Of a DNA stretch of 64,000 nt, positions 37,689 through 51,110 are shown piece after piece. The notes beneath the pieces are model-generated. The model did no database searches and had not been told where the DNA came from. It saw only the letters and a list, made by a program, of their open reading frames with translations. The position numbers were made by a program, and so were the translations under genes. The stretch comes from Octopus sinensis (Eukaryota): positions 1 to 64,000 of the forward strand of contig NW_021835303.1 of NCBI RefSeq assembly GCF_006345805.1. Reading direction: 5' to 3'. The first letter of the stretch is position 1; every line of letters begins with the position of its first letter.

Positions 37689-37984
37689 GTTACGACGACG
37701 AGTGTTCCAGCTGATCCGAACAGCGGAACAGACACCTCATGAAACTAATGTGACAGAAGCTGAGCACTCTTAACGTAGTCCTCAAGAAAATTCAGCTTGA
37801 CACACAACGTGACAAGGTTGGCCCCTTTGAATTATAAGCACAACTTATTTTTGCCATCTGAGTGAACTTGAGCAACGTAGAATAAAGTGTCTTGCTCAAG
37901 GACACAACATCGCGCCAAGAATCGAACTCAGGGCCTTATAATTGTAAACTGAACATCCTAAACACTAAGCCACGCGTTTTCACC
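37689..37984 (-). mobile_element. SINE family B (CORE-type, OR2-like)
   Basis: gttacgacgacgag...aaagtgtcttgctcaaggacacaac...gaatcgaactc...ctaagccacgcg. Confidence 0.85.
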
Positions 37985-38031
37985 ATATTACATCTAGCAC
38001 AACACACTACCATCAACAATCTCAAAGATCT

Positions 38032-38455
38032 TAGGTGGTGAGCTGGCAGAAACGTTAGCACGCCGGGTGAAATACGTCTGTCACGGTTCTACGATCGATC
38101 CCATAGCGCTGCATTCTTTTCCAAGTATTTTCCACTATAGCTTTTCGTAGAATTAAGCCTGTGTGCGAAATAGAGTGGATGGAAGCTGTACGGAAGTCAA
38201 TCATTAGCTCTCTACTTTCCATTTTTTTGCCATCAGATCCGGTGACCCAGCAAAAAGTCAGTTGTTCAGCCCTTTTTCTGCATACGATTACTAGAGAGAA
38301 TTTTATGTTCTGAGTTCAAATTCCGCCGAGGTTGAATTTGCCTTTTATCCTTTCAGGGTCGATAAATTAAATACCAGTTGCGTACTGAGGTCGATCTAAT
38401 CGACTGATCCCCTCCTTCAAAATTTCGGGCCCTGTGCCTAGAGTAGAAAAGAATC
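38032..38455 (+). mobile_element. SINE family A split by a 227-bp insert (38081-38307)
   Basis: Head ends at 38080 and resumes ttctgagttcaaattcc at 38308. Confidence 0.8.
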
Positions 38456-39118
38456 TCTAAAGATCCTGTAATAACTACGACACCCGGTTCTTCCCACGCA
38501 GAACGCCGACCTTCTACACATGTTTTTCCAGCAGCTCTCATCTTGCAAATACTAAAGGGGAACCTTAACCGGTCTCAGAAAAGTACTGCAGCAGTCATAG
38601 CTCCTTACTCCAGAGCAAAAATAAAACACAACTCATGCGTTATCCTGACCCGTAAATTGGGCCGAAAGCTTAAAGAGAGCGTACTCTACTCAAAGTACCG
38701 AATGACCAAGTGGCGAAAGCATAGCCAAGTGGTTAAGATATTCGTTTCATGGTTACGTGGATTCATATCTGATACACAGCGCAGGACCTTGGGCCAGGAT
38801 CTTCTACTATAGCCTGGTTCAATCCAATATTTGTGAATGAAACTCAGCTGAGAGAAAATATCGAGGTCCATTGAAAGGACCGTTATTTTTGATGTATTAG
38901 AGTTATGTGCCGCCTGGATTAAAATCATCTCCTAGTTCTTGGGTGCCGTTGACAGAGTGCACTCTGTTTGAAGCACTCGGTCCAGATCTCCAGTTCGATG
39001 CTTACTTCTTTCAACCAGTTACGGAAACTCTGAGCAATATAAAACTTAGGACCACAGGTGCTGTTCTCGTCCCCTTTCATTGAACGATTTTAAAAATGCG
39101 TTGGAACAGAGGCAGATG

Positions 39119-39400
39119 CATAAAATTCTCTCTAGTAATCGTATGCAGAAGAAGGGCTGAACAACTGACTTTTTGCAGGGCCACCGGGTCTGATGGCGAA
39201 AAAATGGAAAGTAGAGATCTGATGATGGACTTCCGTACAGCTTCCATCCACTCTATTTCGCTCACAGGCTTAAATCGACGAAAAGCAATAGTGGAAAATA
39301 CTTGGAAAAGAATGCAGCGCGATGGGATCGATCGTAGAACCGTGAGGTGGCAAAGCAAACGTTTTAACCATACAGCTATAGCTGAACCCAAATTCGGAGA
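39119..39400 (-). mobile_element. Diverged family C-like SINE head plus flank (source of the 38081 insert)
   Basis: 39119-39345 is the reverse complement of 38081-38307. Confidence 0.65.
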
Positions 39401-40573
39401 AGCATAAAGCATTGAAGCAGAAAAGAGAAAAGAGGCTGAGTGCGGATGTATCATATTTGTTCTTTAGGGAATATATGAATGGAGGGTTGCTCTTTATCTG
39501 ACAGGCTGATTGGGTCGGTGGAGGCCATCTAGAACATATATGTAAAGGCTTGTTTGTTGTTATTATAGTTGTTGTTCTCAAAGGATTAAATGGTTGTGCT
39601 GAGCCAGATCCATGATCAAAAAGCAATCCAGTCATGACCACCACAAATTTTATCCTACGTACAGACAGCCCAGATCTAGCGTAATCCAGTATGTCCGTTT
39701 CTAACGGTTCTAGGCGGTAGTTTGAAATACGGGACGGGGTGGGGATTCAGTTGTTATTTATAGTTAGTAAGTCGAGCGACTACAAAGAGGCACCTTCGCT
39801 CGCTTATAGTAAGAGCATTGTTCCCACTTACGAGGACTGTACTCTAAACAAGGTCACGGGTCTGGTCCGTACACTACACTACATACATACATACATACAT
39901 ACATACATACATACATACATACATACATACATACATACATACATACATACATACATACATACTCACACACACACATCAGCAATTATTCAGAATTGAAGAT
40001 TGTTCTGGCCCTGAAAGCTTTATTTCATTGGAAACATACAAAATATATGGCGTTTTAATGTAGTCTTTCACGACATTGAACAAAGAGCGAAGATTATGCT
40101 GTCAAAATTATTTACTTCAGGAAGTTCACATTCTGAAGCTTGACTGAAACTTACAGTCTTTGCTGTTCGACTAAAAGCAATTAAAGATTATACGACCCAG
40201 AATGTTTGTTTAAACTTTTAAATAAATACCCAGTGTTCAGTCAGCTGTTATATATATACATACATATCCATAAATTATAAATTATGAAAGGGGAAACCCC
40301 TCAGCTCAGTTTTCTGTGTAAGGTGTTGTGTTTATCTGGTAAGCGAGAGGTATATGGTTCGCCTCTCTCCAGTGGATTCGTCATTATTGTGTTTTTAATT
40401 TCTGTCTCAAATTTATACTTATATTGTTTATAACGATATATCATCAATCATAATGTGTGTAAATGTGTGTATATATATTGAAGAGCGACTGTTGGTGTGT
40501 GTTTATTCCACACTTATTATAGAACAACGTCATCAATAAACTCGCAGTGGTTATTTTTTTTAAACTATTCTAA

Positions 40574-40960
40574 AACTAGCAGTATCACCCGGCGTTGCTC
40601 GGGTTTGTTTCGACCCTTTAGAATTGGAATTTTTGAAAAGTAAAAATTTTGCATTATGTAGCTTGTTATTCTCTTTAAGTGAACAATTTTTTGGATGAAA
40701 TACACCGAAAAACGGCGACACAGCAATCAAAAAATTGTAAAAAGTAGGAATTTTCATAGAAAAAAAGCACCTTTTTGATGTAAATAATTTTTGGTGTTAA
40801 CATGGTCCGATTTGATCTTCTACGGAAGGAAGAACAAGCCTTCTTCTATCATACTCTCAATTTTGGTCAACTTGCGCCGCAGGGTCTCGGGGGAGATAGT
40901 GTTAGTTGAAGGCTACCAAACCTACCATACACAGACAACTTCAGCTTTATATATATATAT
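40574..40960 (+). mobile_element. Helentron-associated/DINE-like element
   Basis: Starts AACTAGC...CCCG gcgttgct CGGG hairpin; ends gctttatatatata. Confidence 0.6.
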
Positions 40961-40967
40961 ACATATA

Positions 40968-41010
<43 letters not shown>

Positions 41011-41094
41011 ATATATATAACATTATTGTTCCTCACAAACACACGCACATTCTTCAATGTTTGTAATAATATCTATAGATAGATAGGAATTCCG

Positions 41095-41300
41095 AATTTT
41101 GGAACAAGGCCAGCAGTTTCGGGAGAGGGGGATAACTTGGACACCGGAGTCTATTACGTTCAACTGGTAGGTATTCTATGGACTCCGGAATGGCGAAAGG
41201 CAAAGTCGACACCAGCGGGATTTGAACTCAGACCGTAATGTCAGAAGAAATGCCGTGAGACATTTTCCTGTGGGCGAACAATTCTGCCATTTCATCACCT
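41095..41300 (-). mobile_element. SINE family A
   Basis: aaaggcaaagtcgac...ggatttgaactcag. Confidence 0.75.
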
Positions 41301-41311
41301 TCATAATGATA

Positions 41312-41348
<37 letters not shown>

Positions 41349-41883
41349 GGCAGTGGCTCTCATGGCTTCTGATCTTAACTGATTGGAAGTGTTATCATGT
41401 ACATTGTTTTGTCTTGGTATAAAAGATGGGCTACAGCAAATATTCTGCTCAATACCACAGATTTGCTTGTCAGTTGTTTGATCTTAACCAGTTGAGCATG
41501 TCCCTTAGTGGCTGACGATATGTGCATCTCTGATCACGAGCAGAAGTAGTGGGGGAGCATCATAGCCATGTGTTGAGAGGGATTCTTTGGGGTTTGAATA
41601 ATTCACCTCTGGAAACATGGGTGGTTCTTTCAACATCCTTAAACAACCTTATTCAGGGACCTTTGAGCGGGATAGGCTACTCAACCTGAAGAAAATTCTA
41701 ACTGGGCCCCACCTGCAAGGTCATGTGCTGTTTATCTTGATATGAGATCACCATGTCGCGCACATATGGTTGTGATGCATGTGCCTGGTGTACCCTTATC
41801 AGACGGGTAGTCATGGTGGGTATATTGGGCTTCGTATATTTTACCCCAGTGTCACTTTGATGGCATGCACTGCTCTCTCACTC
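41349..41883 (+). mobile_element. ~555-bp TAA-embedded element, 5'-trimmed by ~20 bp
   Basis: Reverse complement of 7302-7857; (TAA)n both sides. Confidence 0.9.
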
Positions 41884-41939
41884 AATAATAATAATAATAA
41901 TAATGATGATGATGATGATGAAGATCATGATCAGGATTT

Positions 41940-42150
41940 AAAATGTTGGCACAAGGCCAGCAATTTCGGAAAAATGGGTAAGTCGATTATAGCGACCCCA
42001 GTGCATAACTGGTATTTATTTTATCGACTCCGAAAGGATGAAAGGCAAAGTCGATTTGGGCGGAATTCAAACGCAGAGCATAATGTCAGAAAAATTGCCT
42101 CTAAGCATTTTTTCGGCACGGTATTGATTCTGACGGCTCACCGCCATTAT
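41940..42150 (-). mobile_element. SINE family A
   Basis: gaccccagtgcataactggta...aaggatgaaaggcaaagtcga. Confidence 0.75.
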
Positions 42151-42184
42151 CTATAGGTAGATATTATAGATAAATCGATATCGT

Positions 42185-42552
42185 GCACGCCTAGTAAGAC
42201 GTTTATTTCCCGACCATATGGTTCCGTGTTCAATTCCTCTACTCGGCATCTTGAGTAAATGTCTTCTACTAAAGCCTCGGGCCGACCAAAACCTTCTGAG
42301 AGTATTTGGTAGATAGAAACTGAAAGAAGCCCGTTGTAGTATATATAAATATGTGAGCGCGAGTGTCTTCGTTTCTGTGTTTGTCCCCGCCCCACACCGC
42401 CACTTGATAACAAGTGTTGGTGGGATTACGTTCCCGTAGCTTAACGGTTCGACAAAATAGACCGATAGAATAAGCACCTAACTTAAAAACTTGGTGTCGA
42501 TTTGTTCGGTTAGAATTCTTTATTCAAAGTATTGCCTCAACATGGCCGCAGC
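42185..42552 (+). mobile_element. SINE family C
   Basis: tcttctactaaagcctcgggccgaccaaa...gaaagaagcccg...catggccgcag. Confidence 0.8.
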
Positions 42553-42617
42553 TGATTCGTTAATATTTTTCGCTTTTCTTTTCAAGTTTCGCCTTGTTTT
42601 CCCCCTCTCATTTTTCA

Positions 42618-42654
42618 TAAACTGAAGAAGTGCTATTGACCGAAACGTTACAGT
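42618..42654 (+). ncRNA. Degenerate Penelope-type hammerhead motif
   Basis: CTGAAGA-A-G..C-GAAA-CGTT; helices I and II broken. Confidence 0.4.
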
Positions 42655-43835
42655 AATTAGCTCTTTGCATTTCTCTAAACGTTAAACTAATAATATCAAT
42701 TATGAACTTATGTCACCTTGCATGTTTTTTTGTATCGTCTTTTTAGTTCTTCCCCAAAGTTACATACAAATACAGATACACACACACACACACACATACA
42801 CACACAACCAAATACATATTCGTGCACGCGTACACGCACACACGCACACACATACACACACACAAACACACACAAGATACACACAAACACACATACACAC
42901 ACAAACACACGTACGCACATACACACGCAACCGAATTCACACTCATGTGCGCGCACACGCACACACACACACACATACAAACATACACACACGATTATAC
43001 ACACACACACACACACACAAATACACACAAACATACAGAAACACACACATGTAATGCACTTTCTATAAAGACTCCATATACCAAATTTCTCTCCCAAATC
43101 ATTGTCCATCTTGGACTACGCTCGCGAAGGTGATCGAACCTGGACCTGTTACTTAACCACAAGTATGTACATACAGCCATATGTGCGCATTCTCTGCCTC
43201 TCTTTCTTTCTCTATCTCTCTCTCCCCCTCTTTCTCTCTCCTCTCTTCCTCTGTGTGTGTGCATGTGTGTGTACATTTTAAGTGTACGCATGTCAGCGGA
43301 GTACTCAGCCACTTGTACATTAATTTTACGAATAAGCTGTTCTTTTGATTGAATCAACTGGGACCGTCGCTTACGTAAGCCAGTTATGTTAATTATACTT
43401 TTATATATATATATATATATATATATACAATACATATAAATAAATATATATGAATATATATACATACATATGTATATACATATATATACATATATATATA
43501 TGTATACACATTTGTTATAATATATTTGTCTACATATATATGTATCTGATATATGTCACATATGTCTGTATATTCTATCCATCTTACTATGTTATCTGTT
43601 CTATGGCTTATATGTATAACATATATATATATAACTTAAATATATACATATAGGTATGTAATATCTATCTGTATATGCTTACACTATATACATTACATAT
43701 TTATATATCCATAAGGTTGATATATTAGATACATAGATGTACTTATATATACATTTACTATATATACTTATTTATATATAATATATTATATAGATATATA
43801 TACATATATATATATTAACATATATAGATAGATAG

Positions 43836-43878
<43 letters not shown>

Positions 43879-44103
43879 CTAGATAGATAGATAGTAGATA
43901 AGATAGATAGATACAGACATATACATAGATACAATATATATAGAGACATATACATACATATATATGTGTGTGTCTGTGTGTGTGTACATATATATGTGTA
44001 CATTTATTTTTGAGTTTTGCCTTTTTTTCCTGGCTACTTCTAAGTCATATATTTATTTATTTATTTATTTATTTATTTATAATTAACCGTTCCTTGTTTA
44101 CAG

Positions 44104-44234
44104 CTCGTCGTGTTTGCCAGGCTGTGTGCTACGCCAGACGCCCCAACTTCTATATTCCCGTCGGGAAAACAGTACCAGATGGAACGCCATGTGACAAGAG
44201 TGGACGAGATGTTTGCATCACTGGAAAATGTCAT
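44104..44234 (+). CDS. Exon: Cys-rich module (S-RRVCQAVCYARRPNFYIPVGKTVPDGTPCDKSGRDVCITGKCH)
   Basis: Acceptor ttccttgtttacAG, donor GTAAGT. VxDGTxC and CxxGxC hallmarks. Confidence 0.95.
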
Positions 44235-44531
44235 GTAAGTAAAAAAAACAAAAAACACACACCCAACAACACGAAAGATTAAAAAGTAAAACCTTGTGTT
44301 TATTCTAGTTATGGAATGGACTCTTTTGCTCTAAAAAAACACCCCCACAGAAGCCATTTTGTTGAGAAGACTTAAATACCTTGAAATCTGTTTATATTTT
44401 TTTATAACGTTATATAACATTGTATACGCTATGTGGGGCCGACATTTTTTTTTCTCTTCGTTTAATTATCCCGGAGGACAAATTCAAGCTTTGCACCACC
44501 AGTATTTGTTCTAAACACGATGCTGGGAGAT

Positions 44532-44570
<39 letters not shown>

Positions 44571-44935
44571 TGTGTGTTTGTGTGTAAACGTTAATAACTT
44601 TGAAGAATAACTCTCTAGCGCCGAAATGACTGCTGGAGGGCGAAAAACTATCCTCGTTAACCTCTGTATTCCAGTGAATCTGAACTCATCAAATACTGTA
44701 TGCGTGTATGTGTTTCTGTATGTATGTATGTATGTATGTATGTATGTATGTATGTATATATATATATATATATATACATACGTTTAAATATTTGTTGTGC
44801 AAGATTTTTTATGTGAAGTCGTGTGTTGAAACAGATATTGTTATATTTCGGAAGCAAAATAACACCAAATAATAGTGCGTGTGTTTTTATGGCTACTAAA
44901 CTGGCAAAATGACCATTCCGAAATATAACAATATT

Positions 44936-45037
<102 letters not shown>

Positions 45038-45051
45038 TATATATACATAGG

Positions 45052-45086
<35 letters not shown>

Positions 45087-45202
45087 AGAGAGAGGTTATG
45101 AGAGGTAATGGTGGTCAGTGAGACCCCAATGTGTCAGATAATGCTGAATAAGTGCTATGGATAGACCATAGTTAAGTTCCAGGTTAACCATCTTCTCACA
45201 CC

Positions 45203-45249
45203 GTCTCCGATGAAGGGATATATAAATATCCTGGAAACAGCTGTAAAAT
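45203..45249 (+). ncRNA. Degenerate minimal hammerhead motif
   Basis: CCGATGA-AGGGATA(tataaa)TATCCT-G-GAAA, palindromic helix III ACAGCTGT, GUA triplet; U4 is C. Confidence 0.55.
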
Positions 45250-45311
45250 ACCTTCTATTTATAAATGTTCTAAAATCTACACACTCTTGGTTTTTTATCG
45301 CATTACGAAAA

Positions 45312-45351
<40 letters not shown>

Positions 45352-45386
45352 GTAAATGTAATATGCGACAATTATTCGGTAGCCAT

Positions 45387-45447
45387 GATAAAACTCCGAG
45401 TTTCGAGTGCCGAGGTGGAAATCCATGCCGCCATCTCTTCAGTTATG
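45387..45447 (-). ncRNA. Type I hammerhead-like motif, same family as 35544
   Basis: Reverse complement ATAA-CTGAAGA-GATG...CACTC-GAAA-CTCGGAG-TT-TTAT. Confidence 0.6.
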
Positions 45448-45516
45448 CGGCCATCGGAAAAACGATATATATATATACAGAGAGAGGTTGACATTTGTGT
45501 GTGTGTGTGTGTGTGT

Positions 45517-45557
<41 letters not shown>

Positions 45558-45749
45558 GTGTGTGTTATCTTTTACTTGTTATAGTCATTGAAATGAGGCC
45601 ATGCTGGGGCACCTGCTTGAAGTGTTTTAGTCACAAAAATTGACGCCAGTACTTCTTTAAAAGCCTACTACTTATTCAATCGGCCCTTTTGCCGAAACGC
45701 TAATAATATTCCTTTTCTGAAAGCACAAGTAACAGAAGGTGAATGCATC

Positions 45750-45973
45750 TACGAGAGGGTACTCAAAAGTTCCTGGTTCTAAGGGTGTCGCGAAATGCTT
45801 CGCTGAAGACCTAAGCATCCAAATTCTTTTACAGGGCTTGGGAAAAAAACTGAAGGACCGCTACACTAAGTGTGTAAATCTGAGAGGGGAATACGCTGAA
45901 TAAAATCATAATTAACTGATCCTCCCGTATTTTCTTTTACCCAAAGCTGGGGACTTCACAGCAGCCACTTGTA
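45750..45973 (+). mobile_element. Mariner-derived MITE
   Basis: TIR tacgagagggtactcaaaagttcctgg; internal KDRYTKCVNLRGEYAE* remnant; homolog at 61236. Confidence 0.7.
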
Positions 45974-46249
45974 TACGGTTAGAAATAAGAAATTCTGAGA
46001 GAAACACGCATATATAAAGAATATATAAAACTGAGACAAACGCATCAGACTTGATAGTGTCCTCTAGGACATTGAACGAACCGGATGTATTCTTGTAAAA
46101 GTCAGTGGCCCACGATGGGTGACGACTCATCTAATTTTGTAGAGAAAGAAATTATGATGACATGACGAAAATTCTTTCATTTGTACTCAGTATTGCTGTT
46201 ATTGCGGCGTTCTACGCTTGCATATATATACATATATACATATGTATAC

Positions 46250-46290
<41 letters not shown>

Positions 46291-46395
46291 CATTATACAT
46301 ATGTATATACATATATATAATACATATATACATATGTATACATATATACATATGTATACATATATATATATACATATGTAATATATATATATATC

Positions 46396-46426
<31 letters not shown>

Positions 46427-46648
46427 ATATACATATATATATTTGTTTAAAATGAAGTTCGAAAATGCTGCTGTGTATTATACAATTTTTAATTTTTATA
46501 TATACATTATAACATACTTATATATACTATATATATGTATATAGATAATATATTATATATATATATCTATATATATATATATATAGAGATATATCTATAT
46601 ATATATGTATGTATTATATATATATATATACATATATATATATTATTA

Positions 46649-46716
<68 letters not shown>

Positions 46717-46787
46717 CGTATATGCATGTACGTATGTATGTAAAGTATATACAGCTAGATGTATAACGATGTGTACACCCTTCATAA

Positions 46788-46818
<31 letters not shown>

Positions 46819-46944
46819 ATATTTGATATAACTATGGAATTTGCAACAGCTGTTCTTTGCATAGAAAAAATATATTAAATAATTTAAGATTTTCAGTCAG
46901 TTGATCTGATAGAGAAGAGAAATAACATTTGTCATTCTCCTATT

Positions 46945-46992
<48 letters not shown>

Positions 46993-47465
46993 TTTCTCTC
47001 CCTCTCTTACTGTATTTCTATTTTTCTCTTTGTTAAGCGGGTGGGGCTGTGGGTCGACAACAGCGAGTGATCCTGTCTTGTATGTACATAATATATGGCC
47101 GAGTCAGATGTACTGGGGTAGATATCAGACTTGATGGAGTTGTGGGGGAGGGGAGAGGTAATGATGAGGGAAGGAGGAGAGTGGAGGACAGGGAGTGGGT
47201 GTGTTAGGGAGGGAGAAAGAAGATGAGTGGGAGGGTGTGAGTGAAGGAGTGATGGTGTGAAAGAGAGATGAATTGAGTGAGGGAGTTGGTGGTTGTACAA
47301 GTGACTGAGTGAGCGAGAATGTGAGTGAGCAAGAAATACTGTACCAGTGATTGCTTGAGGGGCAAGGTAACCGCCTGGCAGAGAAGGTGGGTGAGTGAGT
47401 GGAAAGGTAAGTCAATGAGTTCATGAGTAGAAGTGTGAGTGTATGTATGTGGGTATATATAAGAG

Positions 47466-48211
47466 GAGCACTCCGTCGGTTACGGCGACGACGAGGTGGA
47501 GGCGCAATGGTCCAGTGGTTAGGACAGCGGACTCACGGTCGGAGGATCGCGGTTTCGATTCCCAGACCGGGCGTTGTGTGTGTTTATTGAACGAAAACTC
47601 CTAAAGCTCCACGAGGCTCCGGCAGGAGGTGGTGGCGACCCCTGTTATACTCTTTCGCTCCAACTTTCTCTCACTCTTTCTTCCTGTTTCTTGTCCCCGA
47701 CTTCCTACGCAACCGTTGAGCCTGGATGCGCATTCATCCATCGATGCTCTCGGTGTCGGGGGTTGACTTGCTTTCTCTTCTGCGGGTTTTACGAATAGCA
47801 AAGGACCACGTCTCGGACTTCTCCCACTAAGACAGTCCTGAGGCGCGATCTTGCGAGCTCTGGGACGATGACCGCTTCACTCAACAAACACACAAACAAA
47901 CAAACAAACAAACGACGATGAGGGTCCCAGCTGATCCGATCATCGGAACAGCCTGCTCGTGAAATTAATGTGCAAGTGGCTGAGTACCCCACAGACATAC
48001 CTACCTTTGATGTAGTTCACAAGGAGATTCAGCATGACACAGAATGTGACAAGGCTGGCCCTTTTAATTACTGGAACTCATTTTTGCCAGCTGAGTGGAC
48101 TGGAGAAACGTGAAATAAAGTGTCTTGCTCAAGGACACAACGCCGGAAATTGAACTCACGACCTGAGGAACGTGAGCCGAATGCCCTAACCACTAAGCCA
48201 CGCGCCTTCAC
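47466..48211 (-). mobile_element. SINE family B (OR2-like) hosting a nested insertion
   Basis: Tail is split at 47496/47912. Confidence 0.85.
47497..47911 (+). mobile_element. SINE B2 head/body plus third tail ending (CAAA)n, with 12-bp TSD
   Basis: TSD gcgacgacgagg (47485-47496) / acgacgatgagg (47912-47923). Confidence 0.85.
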
Positions 48212-48433
48212 AGATATATATGTATGTATATTCAGATGAATATGGTACTTAAGTCAGAGGCACCGGAGTTTTGTATGGTATTATCCATAAAAATCCATGG
48301 GTGATTATAATCAAAATAAGCAACAAGTATATCTTAGGTAATGTTTAATAAAATGAAGTAGCATGAAACGATTGTACCACATTACCTAAAATATAATTGT
48401 TGCTTATTTTGATTATATATATTATATATATAG

Positions 48434-48537
<104 letters not shown>

Positions 48538-48556
48538 TTACATATATATATTTATG

Positions 48557-48601
<45 letters not shown>

Positions 48602-48732
48602 CATATATATATATGTATGTATGTATGTGTGTGAGGGGTGAAACTATAATAATATATCATAATGATATATATATATTCTCCGATTTAAAGCTTGTTTATC
48701 AATATTATAAATATTGTGTGTATGTGTGTGTG

Positions 48733-48900
48733 AAGGTGCATGGCTTAGCGGTTAGGGTGTTGCACTTACGACTGCGAGATCGTGGGTTCGATTCCCAGAC
48801 CGAGCATTGCGTTGTGTTCTTCAGCAAAGCACTTCATTTCACGTTGCTCTGCGATCAGTTTGACATCTAACATGTGGCACTCGTTGCAGGTAATGTTGAT
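48733..48900 (+). mobile_element. SINE family B head fragment
   Basis: tggcttagcggttaggg...ggttcgattccc...ttgtgttcttcagcaaagcac. Confidence 0.75.
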
Positions 48901-50189
48901 TTGATTATTCTTAGTATAATTTTTAATTAGAATCAGCATGAGGCGCGATAGGATCGAACTTGGAACCCCGGGATAGTGAAGCGAATTTCTTAACGATATG
49001 GTCATACTGCGCCATACCGTGTCCAAGGGTTAAAATGGGAAATAAAGTTCACGAAATTGAAACTTCGATACAAATCTGATAAGTGCTTCGTATAACTATT
49101 GTACACCAGATGGCATCGTCTGACATAACATCTCTACTACCGGAACACCGGCACACCGGAAGTGATAAACAGAAAACATTTACTTTTTTAGGAGTATTAA
49201 GATTTATAGATGAATCTGATACGGAATGTTCACAAATGCAGATACACATACATGCATGCATACATACACTTACACACGCACGTGCACGCACAAGCACACG
49301 CATGCACATACACACGCATACACACAAGCACACTTACATAAACATGTGGCTATAAGGACGTATATAAACATACATATATATATATATACATATATATATA
49401 TACATATACATATATATTTATAGATATATATACAAATATATATATATTTATATATACACATATATATATATATATTCATTGCTTTCATTATAAATATACA
49501 TATATACACATATACACACAAATACACGCATACACACATACATATATACATGTGTGTATACAGTATGTATGCATATGTATATATATATATATATATACAT
49601 ACATATATAAGTTTATATAAATATACATATGTAAATATATATACATATGTATATATATATATAAATATACATATATATGTATATTTACATGTATGAATAT
49701 AAATATACATATGTATACATACATACATACACACACACACATATACACACACATGCACACACAAACTGGCCGGCATAGTGATAAAATAATTGTCTATCAA
49801 CAACTTCCGCTAACAAGAACCCTAATTCTTCCCCTACTGAGGAACAAAGTAGCGATTAACAGTTGCCCACCCGCTTGGCTATCCACCCCCGCACCCCCAG
49901 ACCGACTTCTTTCATTTGTAATCAGGCTGAAAGATTGTGTTCCTCACCAGATTTCCAAGATAATATTTCCTCCGCAAAAAAAAAGAAGAAACAGAACAAA
50001 TCCGTCTTAGGAATTGCTCTTGGTTTTTGACCAAACGAAAAATGTCGCAAGAACTTTTCGAAGTTGGCTTTAAATATTTTGGGTTTCCTTTTATTGCGAT
50101 TGGTCGAGGAGACAGAATTGCCAGGCTACAATCCCAACGGTCTCAAGTTCATATACACTTGAAAGCATGCAAACTTATATTATACTTAC

Positions 50190-50277
<88 letters not shown>

Positions 50278-50279
<2 letters not shown>

Positions 50280-50487
50280 TTTTATGCTTTTATTTGTTTC
50301 AATCTTTTGATTGCGGCCATGCTGGTGCACCGCCTTTAGTTGAACAAATCGTCCCCCAGGACTTATTCTTTGTAAGCCTAGTACATATTCTATCGTTCCC
50401 GTTTGCCAAACTGCAATGTTACGGGTACATAACACACCAGCATCGGTTATCAAGTGATGGTGGGTGGGGACAAACATAGACACACAA

Positions 50488-50533
<46 letters not shown>

Positions 50534-50535
50534 GT
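50278..50535 (-). mobile_element. SINE family C 3' half
   Basis: gcggccatgctgg...ccccaggacttattctttgtaagcctagtac...(CA)n. Confidence 0.8.
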
Positions 50536-50539
50536 GCGC

Positions 50540-50595
<56 letters not shown>

Positions 50596-50611
50596 ATATT
50601 TTGATGGCGAT

Positions 50612-51110
50612 TTCGTTGTTATTTCTAGCACTCGATCAATTATTCCTCCCGTGCTAATATGTTTTACGCTATGTAAAACGAAACATTTGCTGATGTCAAA
50701 CGAAGGAAATACTTCATCTTGTCATAATTTTATAGAGATGCAGCTATTATTTCTAGCACCTAGAAAGATTACGTAGATCCCTTCCATGCTAACATTTTAC
50801 GTGGTATGTAAAGCGAAACATTTATTTACGTTAATCGGTGATGCCCTTCCTTGTAATTTTAGGGATATTTACTTGCTATTCCTAGCAATCTTCCGTGCTA
50901 ACAATTTTTCGTGGTATGTAAAAAAAATATCTACTTACGTAAAATGGAGGAAAACCCTTTCTTGTCATAAAATTATGAATTTAGTTGTTATTTCTAGCAT
51001 CTAGAATGCTTACACAGAGGTTTCCCGTGGTAGCATTTTTCGTGGTATGTAAAGCGAAACATCTACATATGTACGTTAAACGGAAGAAATATTTCTTCAC
51101 GCTAGGAAAA
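50612..51110. repeat. Four diverged ~112-129-bp tandem units
   Basis: Anchor TATTYCTAGCA at 50620, 50748, 50877, 50989. Confidence 0.75.
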
